A DNA stretch of 64,000 nt from Haliotis cracherodii. Lineage: Eukaryota. Location of the stretch: the NCBI RefSeq assembly GCF_022045235.1, contig NW_027266308.1, forward strand, positions 58,900,001 through 58,964,000, written 5' to 3'. Below, piece by piece: positions 63,071-64,000 of this stretch. The position numbers were made by a program, and so were the translations under genes. Each line of letters starts with the position of its first letter. Position 1 is the first letter of the stretch. A model generated the notes under the pieces. The model was not told the DNA's origin, ran no database searches, and saw nothing but the letters and a program-made list of their open reading frames with translations.

Positions 63071-63913
63071 AGTGACGCTTTTAACCACTCATTTGCTTAC
63101 CCCAGATTCGACTATTTACAGCCTAACGTCGATCTAAATGTCCCAGTCCGATGTGATGTCTTCTATATGGTGTAGTGTCAGCATCGGGGTGACTCATGAA
63201 TGATTGTGCCCCGATCTATGACCTGACACTCTTGATTTGCTTTGATACGGTAATGAATGCTCTCGATAATTGATTATAGTTTAAGGAATACAAAATCCCC
63301 GCTCTTAAGAACACTTTGGCTGATGAGTGTGCCTATTCCTTATATTTAGTGTACGATGCCGACAATTTATATTGACAGTCATGCAAACTAAGTAGACACA
63401 CGGCGCTGTTTGGTCGGGTTTGTGGGGTACAATCCGTTTAACGTTGCTTTGGCTACGTGAACTACGACATACATATGTGTGCAGTATTTTGATAATGCGG
63501 TGTCATCCGGTCTAGACATTGCCAATCTCAGTCCATATCATGCCGGTATTCTGTCGTTTTCAATTGACGAATTAAAACCGAGGAACATCGGCTATCAATA
63601 CCAGTCATTTCAAGTTAGGCGGACGGCAGTGATGGGCAGCGATAAGCTATATATCTCGTCAGTGAAGCCTGTCATTGATATATGGCCCCGGACCTCTCCA
63701 CACAAAATTACATCTATTTCCATACCTACCCTGGGCACGTTTCAATACCACGTTGATAAGAACTGAACGATCTAATCGGAAAGTCTATTTTGGTTTTCCT
63801 ATCTTTTTACAATAGATGGAACAAACGGGGATGCATGACATAATCAGTCAGCTTGCCTGTGTGCAGAATAACATTTGTGAATAAGACTAATGTCTTTTTT
63901 TTGCAAATGCTCG

Positions 63914-63987
63914 CGGTTCCGCACAAACCTCCACATCAGTTGTGATGTGTCGGTTCCGCACAAACCTCCACATCAGTTGTGATGTGT
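63914..63987. repeat. 37-bp direct repeat x2
   Basis: CGGTTCCGCACAAACCTCCACATCAGTTGTGATGTGT twice. Confidence 0.9.
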
Positions 63988-64000
63988 CCGAGCCCAGAGG

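Noticed and set aside
63479-63766. 95-aa ORF near the window end
   Set aside because: No recognisable motif, ATG start or supporting splice structure.

Overview
Eukaryotic (animal) genomic DNA, most likely a gastropod mollusc such as abalone. That assignment is inferred from the protein types and SINE families, not proven. The window holds two adjacent clusters of secreted-protein genes, all on the + strand. (1) 1-25.7 kb: three head-to-tail segmental duplicates, each with a 35-bp minisatellite, a TATA promoter, a non-coding exon, one coding exon and a spliced 3'UTR. They encode signal-peptide (Gly-Asn)n proteins of 1209, 104 and 122 aa. (2) 25.8-53.6 kb: four diverged paralogues that I reconstructed by hand from GT-AG splice sites, each with 4 coding exons and intron phases 1-0-1. 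They encode about 156-174 aa proteins: signal peptide / linker / C-x3-C-x8-C-x-C mini-module / follistatin-N-like (FOLN) module / one Kunitz domain, with P1 residues Ser, Arg, Lys and Thr. The ORF track shows only fragments of these four genes. The rest is at least four SINE-like families, a Tc1 relic, fold-back elements, microsatellites, a 30-bp satellite (60.9-63.1 kb) and three N gaps. Best candidate for an undescribed system: a linked GN-repeat matrix-protein plus FOLN-Kunitz inhibitor locus, plausibly for shell or other extracellular secretion (function is inference).
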